The notes under the pieces were generated by a model. That model was not told where the DNA came from, did not search any database, and saw nothing but the letters and a program-made list of their open reading frames with translations. Below are positions 1 to 13,134 of a DNA stretch of 64,000 bases, piece after piece. The position numbers and the translations under genes were made by a program. This DNA is from Eledone cirrhosa (Eukaryota), in NCBI GenBank assembly GCA_964016885.1, contig OZ024742.1, forward strand, positions 226,610,001 to 226,674,000, in the 5' to 3' direction. The first letter of the stretch is position 1. Every line of letters starts with the position of its first letter.

Positions 1-163
1 GAACGAATGAAGACGTTTCTTTCGTATTCGCCTCATTCGGGAAACCTCTGGTAATGAAGTAATTATATTGTATTGATTTTTATACATTAAATTTTGCTCT
101 GGTACTTACATAGAGCACTCTTCACTTCTATGACCTTTTCTGTTTTCAACGGAAATTTCAATA

Positions 164-198
<35 letters not shown>

Positions 199-199
199 T

Positions 200-470
200 C
201 ATCATCACCGTTTTATGTCCATTTTCCACACTAGAATGGATTAGATGAGTTGTCCTGTTGTGGGCAATGCTAGGTCAAGTAACCATGTCTTGCACATACA
301 GAACTGATTGGGCTTGGTTTCTATATATGGATGCCCTTCCTAATGCCAAGCTCATTTACAGTGAGTACTGAGTGCTTTTTGTCATGACGCCATCATGACC
401 ACTTTACAGTGTGAGCTGGGCACTTTTTGCTATCTCGCCATCACAAACACTTTACAGTGTGGGCTGGAGG
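200..470 (-). mobile_element. SINE/LINE 3' tail fragment (RTE-tail family)
   Basis: GGATGCCCTTCCTAATGCCAA motif, repeated ACCACTTTACAGTG and a (CAT)n tail; the same motif recurs at 6075-6320, 9655-9970, 19720-20075 and in the 3' UTR of the RTE copies. Confidence 0.7.
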
Positions 471-951
471 TTTCACTGGATGTATACTTCAGCTTATCCT
501 CATGGAAGATGTATGGAAGTGGGTAGGTTGGGGTGAGGCGGTGCATATTATGCTTTATCTTCAGCCTGTGCCCATGATATATTCCAGTCAACCTCAAAAA
601 ATCACTATAGTTTCAGTGCATTAAAGTTAATACTACTTATCCCAATACATGTTAGGGCGCAATAAAACAGAGACATAAGACAAGTTGTAAAATATGTATA
701 AGATGCTAAATTGATATTTCATTCCCGCCTGCTTATATATATAGAATCTTATACATATTTTATTATATATATACAACTTGTCCTGTGTCTCCCTGTTTTG
801 TTGCATCCCAATGTGTACTGGAAGGAATAGTATCAACCTAAATGAAATGAAACTATAATGATTTCCTGCCGTTGACTGATGTGAAAGGACTGTTTGTTTT
901 TCTGGTGTCTTTGTCCTGTGCACCCTTTTTTTAACCCCACCCCACCCACCC

Positions 952-1047
<96 letters not shown>

Positions 1048-1143
1048 TAGAAGTGGTACTTAATTTGTTGGAATCCGACAAATATAAATGTTTATAACTG
1101 ATTTAGAGCACTCAACAGTTATTGGAGTAAATATTCAATGAGA

Positions 1144-1184
<41 letters not shown>

Positions 1185-1730
1185 TTGCAACTCAATTTCA
1201 AGTAATGCCATTACTTGATACTTAAGCATGAGCATCACAGACATTTTAGTCCTGCTAGGGACTTGTCTATGGCCAGCAATGTCATGCATCGCAAAAAATG
1301 TCACATATCAAGCAATGCCTGTGCTTGAAGCTTTTTTAAAGTGAGGAAAGGCTTTGCATGGGGTCAGTCCCACTCTCTGAATATTGAATGCTTTTACCCA
1401 AAAAGAAAAACTGGTCTACACCATTGGATGCAAATGAAGTTGCAGGTTTTATATCAGAATGACCTTTTCCCAGAGAGATGTCTTAATGAAGACTAGGAGT
1501 TTTTCATTCCACAGAAAAAATTTTATTGGATGGTTGTTGACTCTCCTGAGTTCCTCTGCCCTTTGACGGGTTTTGTTTTTCATCCTGCAAGGTGTCCAAA
1601 ATTACCCTCCTCATCAAGCAAGCTTGGTGGGGTTACCAGTTTAGCCACTGACAACCCAATGAAGCACAGGTTGTACTGGGTTACATGTTACCAGTAGTGT
1701 CGACGAAGAGCGACCTGACATAAGTATAGT

Positions 1731-1768
<38 letters not shown>

Positions 1769-2579
1769 TCACACATTCAACTCTGTAAAGTAGTAGTATA
1801 CTGGTGTCACAATAAAATGCACACAACCTATTCTGTTGGTGTCATGATAACGTGCAGACCCAGTACACTCCGTAAAGTGGTTGGTGTTAGGAAGTGTATC
1901 CAAATGCAACAAGCCGTCCAACCCATGCTAACATAGAAATCAGATATAAAATGGCAGTGGTGATGATGTCACCCTCTTTCTGAATCGAACTCTATATTCT
2001 TGCAACCCTTCCGTGACTTTTTCTCAGACTGACTCCTCCACATTAATGTGGAAGGGATTAGAACAGTGTTTCTCCAGTGAAGAAATTCAAGATATAGATA
2101 AACAACATCTTGGGGAGGAGAGCTGAAAGGTGAATGAATGGGACTAGATAGAGCAGGTGAAAAGGATGAGAAAGAATGGTTTTCTGAGAGACACTGCTTT
2201 AAGACAGACAGTTTATCACCCAAAAAGTCATTGAGTTGAGACAGTTTACATTCTAGAACCTAAAATTTGCATACATGCATGGCCCCTGAACTACTGATGG
2301 TGTCATAGGGGTGCCATTGTGACATACAACATGTCTTGGGCATTTAAATTTGGTGGAATCCATTCATCTTCAGGTTGGAACACAACTGGTTTCTTCTAGA
2401 GAAATTAGAAGGAGAGAGAAGGTAGTACTATATGTATTGACCCCAAAAAGATGAAAAACAAAGTTCATCTTGGTAAGATATGAACTCAGATCACATAGAG
2501 CAGGAATGAATATTGTATTTCATGATTGAGTAGATTTAAGTAGAATTAAATTAGAACAACTAAATATTTTTTCTATGAT

Positions 2580-2760
2580 TAAACATTCGTATGGCCTATA
2601 AGTAGGCAGCAAATTAGCATAGACATTTAGAGTATCAGATAAAATGTTTTGCGGCATTTGTTCCAGCTTTCTGTGCTCTGAGTTCAAAACCACCAAAGTC
2701 AACTTTGCCTTGCATCTTTTTTAGACCAATAAAAAAAATAAGCACCAGCCCAGTACTGGG
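2580..2760 (+). mobile_element. tRNA-derived SINE (decayed)
   Basis: B-box GAGTTCAAA followed by AACTTTGCCTTGCATC..AATAAAA..CACCAG, a diverged copy of the family at 14441. Confidence 0.65.
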
Positions 2761-3339
2761 TTTCATTCTACTTCTATATCTCTTTCTCACATGCTTTCTA
2801 TCACACTTTCTCTCTTTCTCTGGAAGAAGTGGTTGTGTTCAGACCTAGAGAGGGGATGGGTTCCACCAGGATTTTTTTAAATGCCTAAGGCATGCTGTAT
2901 GTCAGTATGACTCCATCAGGAGTTATGGATCCATACATACAGAGTATGTGGGTAGTTTCCTTGAATCCCTAGGCACCATGTCTTAACCTAGCTAAGGACC
3001 ATACTGACACACAATGTGATATATAGAGATGAATCATGTGGCGCAGTGTGACATTCTGGACATGCTGCATTCTCCACAGTCCACTCTATTTCTGTATACT
3101 CATAGATTCTAGTGATGGCCACTGTAGTGGTAGACATTGCAATTGCTGTTTCTTTATATTTATTTGTATTTTCTTATTAATTTCAACCATTAGACTGTGG
3201 TCATACTGGGGCACTGCTTTGAATAGAATTTTTTAGTTGATCATATTGACCCCAATACTTATTTCATCTGTATAAACACAGACACAAACATAAAGATAGA
3301 CATAGACATGCACACACATGCATATATATGTGATGAGCT

Positions 3340-3530
3340 TCTGCAGTTTCCATTTTCTTTAGAATTGCTTGCACCATTGGCTCATTCTTTCTCAAATCTC
3401 TCCCTATCTTTGCTTTGCTGCCTCCATGTTTGTGTCTTTTTATAATCTCCAATTTATCATCCAGGGTTAACACTTTCCTCTTCTTCTTGACACCAGGACT
3501 TTTCTCATCAGTCTTTCTTTTATTCATGGT
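3340..3530 (-). pseudogene. Tigger/pogo-like transposase N-terminal HTH (CENP-B/psq type) fragment
   Basis: KKKRKVLTLDDKLEIIKRHKHGGSKAKIGRDLRKNEPMVQAILKK; truncated at a microsatellite. Confidence 0.75.
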
Positions 3531-4216
3531 TGTCAAGGTTAAATTATGTGTGTTTGGGTGTATGTTACCATGAAGGCACATGGTCTAGTGTATAGTGTGT
3601 TGGACTTACAATTGTAAGGTTGTTGGTTCGATTCCCAGACTGGTTGGCATATTGTATCCATCACATAGTTTCAATACCAGCAATAGAAGGAAGTTAACCC
3701 TGCAATAGAATTTTGTCCTATCCAAGTGCAGAGAGGAAACTTGTATTCTCAGTGTTTTAATGCCAATGAAACCAGGATAATTTCTAGGCTTGTTACAGCT
3801 CACACATATGTAGGTTTAGCTGGCCTCCTACAAAATTGTGTCTCAGAATGTTACTTCGATGTTTTAATGATAGATGCCCCAGACATATCATGTTGTTGTT
3901 ATAGCGCACACTTATGTAGGTTTAGCTAGCCTCCTATGAGGTTACATCTCATAGACAGTTTCTCATGTGTTTTAATGATAGGGGGTTCCAGCTCTATCAT
4001 GAAAAGCAATGTGAAATGAAGTGTTTATGTTGCTTGGTTAAGGAATTAAACCTACAATTTTATGATTGCAAGTCCAACACCCTAGCCACCTTCAGTAATA
4101 TGATAATGTCTGTCCTAGGGCCTACAAGGTTAACTCCTACTTCAGCAGGGAAAATGACCTTTTAACACTTGTGGTGTACAACATATCTCCACATATCATA
4201 AGAAATGACTAAATGA

Positions 4217-4357
4217 CAGGGGCAGATTAAGCTTGCATGGGGACCCATGGATGAAAATTTCATCTAGGTAAAATATATTATTTATGATAACAAAAACATT
4301 TAAGGGTTCTTTAAATAATGTGGAGTCTTTACTATATCTCACCTTAATCTGCCACTG
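4217..4357. mobile_element. MITE with ~15 bp TIRs
   Basis: CAGGGGCAGATTAAG ... CTTAATCTGCCACTG; no clear TSD. Confidence 0.5.
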
Positions 4358-4559
4358 TTAAGGAAAGGCAAAATGCCTCAAAAGGTCCAATCCAGTGTAT
4401 TCTTGCAGGGAAAAGTAGACAAGGAAAAGAATAATTTTTATGAATAGAAAACTGAGGAAACACTGTTACGTTAAATTACTCAGGAAAATGCTGAAAGACT
4501 GCAATCAATTTTCAAATAAAATATTTTAATATTTTAAATAAATATAGACAGGCGTGTGT

Positions 4560-4805
4560 AAAGCTGATAGTAGGTCCATGCCAAGCTGGTAATCGATCCT
4601 GGCTAGATGTAAAATGTATCCACAACCTGCAGCTGGTAACAGGCTCAGGTTAAATGCAAAATGTACCTAAAGCTGGTAATTGATGCAAGTTAGATGTAAA
4701 ATATAGCTCCCCAACCCTTCAGTTTGTAATCAACCTAGTCCAAATGTAAAATGTAACCTCCCAGCCCAAAGCTGGTAATAAGTCAAGGCCAGATGTAAAA
4801 TGTAG
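4560..4805 (+). repeat. Degenerate minisatellite (~40-55 bp unit)
   Basis: about 5 copies of (A)AGCTGGTAAT...AGATGTAAAATGTA. Confidence 0.7.
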
Positions 4806-5511
4806 GCGCTCATTTCAAACTGCTCATTAGGTATTTTAGTAATCAATCATCCCACTTCCTTTCATCTAGTGGTAAGAAACTCTCAAGAGAGCTGGATAGC
4901 AGAAGGTCTTCAGAAAAGAAACCCCACTCAAGCAAGTGTTTTGGCCCTAACAACACTTTAAAATTCTATTGGGCTGTATTTCACAGAACTCCAAAGAACA
5001 AAAATAAAGATAAGCTTTTTCTTTTCTTTTCCTTTTAATCATATTTTCCAGTGAACTTTTATGTTTAATGGCAGCAATATCAGAAAACTTTATGAACATT
5101 CATGAGCTTCATGTCTTGGCAACCTCCCCAATTTCCACCATATAACCCCCCCCCCTTACCACCACCTTCCTGAAGGATAGCTTCCCAACATATCCATGTG
5201 ATATGATTTAATAGTAACTCACTTAGAAGACCGTAACTATGCAATATACGAAGCAGACATGGGCCCCATATGCTGCTGGAAAGGCAACCTTACTTTTGGG
5301 TTGGGAAGGACAGATGAGGGATCCACATGCAACAGAGAAAAGTCAGTCTGTCTAGAGCAGTATCTCAGAATGAATATAACTGAACAATTGTTTCAAGATT
5401 TTTGCCCTTTGTCAAGATTGTGTATCTCTCCTTTTCTGCTACACACTCTTGAGAATATATAGTATTCTCTAAAGTATCAGCTGATTGCCTAATTTGCATA
5501 CCGAGTGATAC

Positions 5512-5556
5512 ACAATCTTGATGAAGGGCAATTACCCTGAAACAATTGTCGATTGT
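5512..5556 (+). ncRNA. Minimal type I hammerhead ribozyme (U3 core variant)
   Basis: ACAATC [stem I] - TTGATGA - AGGG caatta CCCT [stem II] - GAAA - CAATTG [palindromic stem III] - TC (GUC site) - GATTGT [stem I]. Confidence 0.75.
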
Positions 5557-6343
5557 TTCTCTCTGCTAAGAAGTAGATATGACCACACGGAAGGGATATA
5601 AAGAATGTATGACCACACGTCCTGCAGCCGATAGAGGAGATAGTGGATATTAAAGGAGACTTGTGTTGTTGCTTTAGAGAAGGCTAATATGTTGACGGGA
5701 AAGATATGAAGAATATATATATATATATATATATACACAGGCTAAATATGAAGTAGATATGACCATACGGAAGAGATATAAAGAATGTATGACCACACGT
5801 GTTGTTGCCAGTAGAGGAGAGGATGGTTAATATTTTGAATGCAGGTTTGAATGCATATTGCTCACTTTCTTCAACTGTTTCTTTCTCTCCATGGCTACTG
5901 ACGTTATTTCCCCCAAATCAGGCAAATGAATTTAAGGCCAATTGTGAGGAAAACCTATTCCTGGGTCTAAGGAACTCACACGCCAACTTTAAACATTATT
6001 GGTCTGCTGGTTTTTAAGTGTATTGGAGACAAACAGACAAACAATCAAACATATATATATTATATATATATCATCACCATCATCATCATCATCATCATTT
6101 AACGCTAGCATGTGTTAGACGGGTTTGTCCCATTTGGTCGGGTGACCGTGACTCACTCATATAGGACTGTTTCTGGCTGGTTTTCTACAGCTGTATACCC
6201 TTCCTAACAAAAACCACACTTACAGTGTGTGCTGGGTGCTTTTTGTCATGACACCTACACAACCACTTTACAGTGTGGACTGGATGTTTTGTGGTACCAA
6301 CATAACTTTACAGAGTAAGGGTGGTGTGGGCGGAAGTGGGAGG

Positions 6344-6440
<97 letters not shown>

Positions 6441-6513
6441 TTTATATATATACATATATGTATACACATATATATACATATATATATATATATATACATA
6501 TATATATACATTT

Positions 6514-7660
6514 CATTCTATGTCCCAAATGCAAACTATGGGTACATAAAAGATGTAGTAGGATCACAGGTAAACTATCTAAGAACGTAGATTTTATATG
6601 TGGCCGATGCTCAGGTGCAATAAGTAGCAAGTGCCCACAGGATACTAGCTCCTTCTATTGCCCAGATGGTTCTATAGAAATAGTGGACACTTTCCGTTAC
6701 CTGGGTGACAAAATCAGCAGTGGTGGAGGGTGCTCTGAAAGTACAGTAGCCAGAGTTAGAACGGGATAGAAAAACTTCAGAGAGCTTATACAACTATTGG
6801 CCACTAAAGGTTTCTCTCTAAAAATGAAAGGCAGACTGTATGATGCCTGCATACGAACAGCAATGCTACATGGCAGTGAAACATGGGCATTGTGTGCAGA
6901 GGACCTGTGCAGACTGGAGAGGAATGAAGCATGCATGCTCCATTGGATGTGTAATAGTAATATACGTGAACGGCAAAGCATAAATGAACTATGTGAGAAA
7001 TTAGGAATAAGAGGGATCAGATGCTGTTTACTTGAGAGAAGACTACGTTGGTATGGTCACGTGATGTGCATGAAAGATGACAGCTGTATAAAAAAGTGAG
7101 GACAATCAAAATTGATGGAAGATACGGAGTAGGTAGATCCAGAAAAACCTGGGACGATTTGATAAATTCCGACCTTACACACTTGCACCTCTCTAAGACA
7201 ATGTCACTGGACCGAGATCTTTGGTGCCACGTAGTAATACAGAAGACCCACCTTGCCTATGTACAAAGCGAAACCTACAGTCAGTAGGCACCTCTTAACC
7301 AAATATACACCCCAACCCACTACCCCTACCCTATCCTCCCACTCCCACCAACACCACCCTTTCTCTGTAAAGTTGGTACCACAACATCCAGTCCAAATAA
7401 ATGAGATAATGAGATTGAGATCGTGTAGGTGTCACGACAAAAAAACACACAGTCCACGCTGTAATGTGGCCGTGTAGGTAACACAGTAAAAAGTTCCCAG
7501 TTCCACACTGTAAATGTGGTTGGTGTTAGGAAGGGCATCCAGCCGTAGAAAACCTGCCAGATAGTCCTATACGAGCGAGACACGGTCACCTGACCAATCT
7601 TGCCTCAAGTGGGACAACTCCCGTCTAACCCATGCTAGCGTGGAAGATAGACGTTAAATG
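6514..7660 (+). mobile_element. RTE-clade LINE, 5'-truncated (RT C-terminus plus 3' UTR)
   Basis: [50 protein letters not shown] with stops; (GAT)n tail. Confidence 0.9.
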
Positions 7661-7772
7661 ATGATGATGACATATATATATATATACACATATATATATA
7701 TATATGTATGTATGTATATGATGATTTCCTCCGAATGAAACAGTTCTAGTCTTGTAGAAGCCATTTCTCTAT

Positions 7773-7838
<66 letters not shown>

Positions 7839-8726
7839 CATATATAAAGAGAGACAGAGAGAGAGAACTGAAGTAACATGTTGGATTTAACAATATTACA
7901 TTAGTTATCTATATTTAAATTTATAATTGGTTCTTGTTTTCAAGTTTGTGGTCAGACAAGTATTTTCCTGTTGTTACTATTTATGTGTCTCTGTGTAGGA
8001 ATACACTGTATTGTGTATGTAGGAAACTATGTTGTACATCATATACATACAAAACTCCAACAAGCAAATTTGCATATTCAGATAGTCACTAATATACAGA
8101 CATCAGTATACACACAGCCATATATATGTACATACATGTATGTGTATATAAACATAGAAAATCAATATATGTACCACTATATAAGTTGCAATATAGATAT
8201 TGCATTCATGTATCATCATCATCGCGAATATATATATATATATACGCATACATGAATGTTGGTTATATCGTTCTAAAATGGCTTTATCAGGATGACTAAG
8301 GCCATGCTAGATAACTACCTTCACACAAATGTGTGTCTGTAGGTATTGACAATTGCTAGATTGAATACTCAATACTATAATGAAGATTAATATTTTAAGA
8401 CTGATCTAGTGGCCTGTTACTCTAGAGCTTTCTTTGTAATGTTACAGGTTTTTTATGTTAATAACTAAGAAGCTATCCTGATTAAAGTTAAATTTAGTGT
8501 AAACTTAAGCTAGATATAACTATATATAGGTATATATACACACATATATATGTGTATGTATACATACTGCATCCAAATGTATTACATGTATAAGAAAATT
8601 TGGGGTATGTGGAGTGCCAAATACCTTTATATATATATATCAGGATAGAACCAGTTCTAAACTAGTTAGACCATTACTCAACAGAGTACTTTATACTTGG
8701 AGTAGTAGAGTATGGTTAGACTATAA

Positions 8727-8828
8727 AGAGTCAAGAGCCGACTGCTGAGCTTTTTTCATTTCAACAGCTAGTTCCAGACTAGAACTAGCTGTTGATACGG
8801 CAGGAACTCAGCCGTCGAGTCCAACTCT
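8727..8828. repeat. Diverged fold-back hairpin element next to (TA)n
   Basis: TCAACAGCTAGTTC-cagacta-GAACTAGCTGTTGA core with extended imperfect arms; leader CAGAGTACT..ATACTT.G.GTAGTAGAGT shared with the element at 59189-59334. Confidence 0.6.
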
Positions 8829-8879
8829 TAAAATATATATATTATTGACTCTTGTCAGAATATAGAGGATCAGTTTCCC

Positions 8880-9570
8880 TTAGTTATGCCCCTGTAAATG
8901 ATTTATCAGTTCAATTCATGCATGAAAAAGCCAGGAGGCAGTTTGGGCATTGGATATGTGACAGATGGTGGGGCTGCAGGGCTTTGTTCAGTCTGTTCTG
9001 TTTCTTCGTCTCAAGGACGTCTCCCCTCACCAACTCAAAGTATGCTGTGCCCGTTTTCATCTTCTGCCGCCAAAGGTCCTTAGATTCCTAGTTGTTGTGG
9101 TTCAAATCACAGCTTTTAAGTGTTTGCTTAAGTTGGTCTTTTTAGAGCCTCTTTGGTCAGTTCACTTTAGAAAACTTTCTCGGGTAGCCTGCATTCATTC
9201 ATGCATATGACGTGTCCCACCTATTGCAAGAGTTGTACCATTATGTGACAGCTCTGTTGAGTGTCCTAGTGTTGCTCACTTTATTCTGCCACTTGATGTT
9301 CATGATGGTCCAGAGTTTCCTCTGATGAAAGACCTCCAATTTCTTTATATCTTTCCTGTACAAATTTCATGTTTCACAGCCACCCAAGTGTGAGAAGTAC
9401 CACAGCTTTATACACCATGAACTGTTTCCCTTTTCAAATTTGTTCTGGAAGACTTTCTTGTTAAGTCACCTCAATGCAGCACCTGCTGCTTGGATCCTAC
9501 ATTTGATGCTTTTGTTTGATATTACATCCTCAGCTAAGACTGCTCCGGGGTGGGGTAATTGAGACATACT
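8880..9570 (-). mobile_element. RTE LINE 3' fragment (decayed)
   Basis: minus-strand SNKSIKCRIQAAGAALR and RWVGHV-like segments. Confidence 0.7.
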
Positions 9571-9980
9571 CTCTAGCCCCATCCCTTGGATTTTGACGTT
9601 GGATTCAGGTTCATTTATTTCTGGGGGTTGTTGGGTCAGGATTTTAGTCTTCATCATCATCACCGTTTTACGTCAATTTTTCCACGCTAGCATGGGTTAG
9701 ACGGGTTGTCCTGTTGTGAGCAATGCCAGGTCAGGCGACCATGTCTTGCTCATACAGAACTGATTTGGGCTTGGTTTCTACAGCTGGATGCCCTTCCTAA
9801 CGCCAATTTCATTTGCAGTGAGTACTGGGTGCTTTTTGTTGTGACACCTACACGTCCACTTTACAGTGTAGGCTGGGCGCTTTTTACCGTATTACCATCA
9901 TGACCACTTTCCAGTATGGGCTGGGCGCTTTTTACTGTGTCACCATCACGACCACTTTACAGTGTGGGCTATATATATAT

Positions 9981-10686
9981 ATTCAAAATTGTAAGGAAGT
10001 CAAGGATAAGAAATTATTATTTATTCATACATCTCTACAAACATTTCAATACGGCTAGAATTTCACATCCATTTACAGAGTAACTGGAGATTAATAGTTA
10101 ATGGGTGTTTTATCCCAACCATATCTCTACAGGAAATATTTAGAATAAAAAATAATAATTAATATCATAAGGCAATATCAAGATACCAGGAGGAGTCAAA
10201 GCATGGAGCTTTTAGGCAGGCAGTGAGATTTCAAGTGCATATTATGCAGAAGCTTGTATAAGGTTTTTTTTCAAACATGCAAATTTATAAGTTTAGCTGT
10301 GTTTTTTTCAGGAAAAATTATTTATATAGCTAGGGATTGGTTATAGTAGGCGTTGTTAAAGTTTTTCTTTGGGACTATTTGTTTAGTTAGTTATAAGAGA
10401 AAGATTTGAAAAGCATTTAGCAGTTTTTTTCCATTAGTAATGTTATATACATGTATAGAAGAAATTGTATATATAGAGAGATACATATTTTATACAGTAG
10501 ATGCATACAATTACCAAGTATTTTTCCTAATCTGATAACAATTATCTCCATAATGGAGATAATTGTTAACTAATAATTCTCCAGTTGCTCTGTAAACGGA
10601 TATGATATTCTAGCCATATTGAAAGTTCATAGAGATGTATGAATAAATAAATATTTCTTATCCTTGACTTTCTTACAATTTTGAAT
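9981..10686. mobile_element. Penelope-like fold-back fragment with ~120 bp inverted arms
   Basis: 9981-10101 is the diverged reverse complement of 10566-10686; starts at (TA)n; degenerate hammerhead on the minus strand at 10029-10139. Confidence 0.65.
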
Positions 10687-11364
10687 TTTAAATGCTCTTC
10701 TATTTGAACTGCCCTTGATAGCAGATATCTTACTTATCCAATTTTTACTCCAGAAGGACAGAGGATGGCAAAGTGCATTGAGCTTATCTCATATTACCAA
10801 AGAAAATAGTGAAGTACTACACTATAACCTGATATATATGAATATATTACTTTCTTTCGTCCCCTCTGCCATGTCAGTTAACTCTTTCTCTCTACTGACC
10901 TCTTCCTCGCACTCCCACTCACTCAGTCCCTGTTTCTCCCCTTCTTTCTTCCTCCCGTTCGCTGGGAAAACGGTTTTCATTCTTTCTAACACCGGATTCA
11001 CTAGCGAAAGGTCTGTTTTCTGACTCGCTCATATATTCACACAGCTTATGCTGAAAGAATAACTATGTTGCTTGTGTTTATTTCCATCTTCGGTTAGCTT
11101 CCCCCTGTGTTGTTTACTTGTCTCACTCGCTTTACGCGTTTCTATTGTCCTAATAACTTATTTTAGTTATTATCGCTCCAATGTGAAGTATATGATTTTT
11201 AATGCGATGAAATACCCATGATCGTTTGGTAAATCACTGATGAGGGACTCATTTTATAACATGTTATCCATGTGCAACCAGCAGTTTTCTTCTCACCCAT
11301 ATTTTCATATATATATATATATATATATGATAATAATGGAGCTGCGGCGTTGCAAATGGGTTAC

Positions 11365-11467
11365 ATATGAAAAAGTGAGTCCTTCATCAGTGACCCTCCA
11401 ACCGTCCTAGCGATGAAATGCCTAGGACGGTTGGAGGGTCACTGATGAAGGACTCACTTTTTCATAT
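11365..11467. repeat. Perfect 46-bp inverted repeat between (TA)n tracts
   Basis: arms 11365-11410 and 11422-11467, loop CGATGAAATGC; contains CTGATGA. Confidence 0.9.
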
Positions 11468-11514
11468 ATATATATATATATATATATATTCATATATATA
11501 TATATATCAGGTTA

Positions 11515-13102
11515 TATCTGGCAGGTTTTCTACGGCTGGATGCCCTTCCTAACACCAACCACATTTACAGTGTGGAACTGGGAACTTTTTACCATGTTAC
11601 CTACACGGCCACATTACAGCGTGGACTGTTTGTTTTTTTGTCGTGACACCTACACGATCTCGATCTCATTATCTCATTAATTTGGACTGGATGTTGTGGT
11701 ACCAACTTTACAGAGAGAGGGTGGTGTTGGTGGGAGTGGGAGGATAGGGTAGGGGTAGTGGGTTGGGGTGTATATTTGGTTAAGAGGTGCCTACTAACTG
11801 TAGGTTTCGCTTTTTACATAGGCAAGGTGGGTTTTCTGTATTACTGCGTGGCACCAAAGATCTCGGTCCAGTGACATTGTCTTAGAGAGGTGCAAGTGTG
11901 TAAGGTTGGAATTTATCAAATCGTCCCAGGTTTTTCCGTAACTTCCATCAATTTTGATCGCTCTGCACTTTTTTATAGAGATGTCGTCTTTCATGCGTAT
12001 CACGTGACCATACCAACGTAGTCTTCTCTCAAGTAAACTGCATTTGATCCCTCTTATTCCTAATTTCTCACTTAGTTCACGTATATTATTATTACACATC
12101 CTTACGGGGTCGATAAAATAAAGTACCAGTAATGCACTGGGTAATTGCTGGCCTTGTGCCTAAAGTAGAAACAATTATTATTACACATCCAACAGAGCAT
12201 GCATGCTTCATTCCTTTCCAGTCTGTGCAGGTCCTCTGCACACAATGCCCATGTCTCACTGCCATGTAGCATTGCTGTTCGTATACAGGCATCATACAAT
12301 CTGCCTTTCATTTTTAGAGAGAAACCTTTTGTGGCCAACAGTGGTATAAGCTCTCTGAACTTTTTCCACCCCGTTCTAACTCTGGCTACTGTACTTTCAG
12401 AGCACCCTCCACCACTGCTGATTTTGCCACCCAAGTAACGGAAAATGTCCACTATTTCTATAGAACCATCTGGGCAATAGAAGGAGCAAGTATCCTGTGG
12501 ACACTTGCTACTTATTGCACCTGAGCATCGGCCACATATAAAATCTATGTTCTTAGATAGTTTACCTGTGATCCTACTACATCTTTTATGTACCCATAGT
12601 TTGCATTTGGGACATAAAATGGAATTTCTACCTACTCCTTTCTGACACACTGAACATGGCCATTTCCCAGAGGGTACCTGTGCCCTATTTTCCTTTCTAC
12701 AAACTAGAACTTTAGTCTTAGACAAGTTAACTTTAAGGCCTTTTGATTCTAGGCCATGTTTCCATGTTTGGAATTTCTTCTCTAGTTCAGCCATAGATTC
12801 AGCTATGAGAGTTAGATCATCTGCATATAGGAGTTCCCATGGGCAGCCAGTCTTAAACTCCTGTTATAGACTGAAGAGCAATAATAAATAGGAGGGGGCT
12901 AAGGACAGAGCCTTGATGAACACTAACTTTTACACTAAATTCTCTATATTCATTGTTAATTCTAACCTTACTGACTGTTTCTTTATACATGGATGGTTTG
13001 TATTGCTCTCACAAACCATTCATCTACACCTAGTTTTCTAAGAGCCCACCAGATAATGGAGCGGGGGACTCTGTCAAAGGCTTTCTCCAGGTCTACAAGA
13101 GC
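11515..13102 (-). mobile_element. RTE-clade LINE fragment (same family as 6514-7660)
   Basis: QGSVLSP and ELLYADDLTL motifs; ORF 12102-12794 with Cys-rich finger [30 protein letters not shown]; near-identical to the copy at 6514. Confidence 0.92.
12102..12173 (+). mobile_element. 5'-truncated SINE inserted in the LINE, 17-bp TSD
   Basis: ATTATTATTACACATCC at 12085-12101 and 12174-12190 flanks TTACGGGGTCGATAAAATAAAGTACCAG...AAACA. Confidence 0.9.
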
Positions 13103-13134
13103 TAAGTAGAGGGGTTTACTTTTATATTCTGTAC

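Noticed and set aside
1-55. Possible hammerhead on the minus strand (CCGAATGA..GAAAC)
   Set aside because: The core and stems cannot be formed, and the sequence is cut by the window edge.
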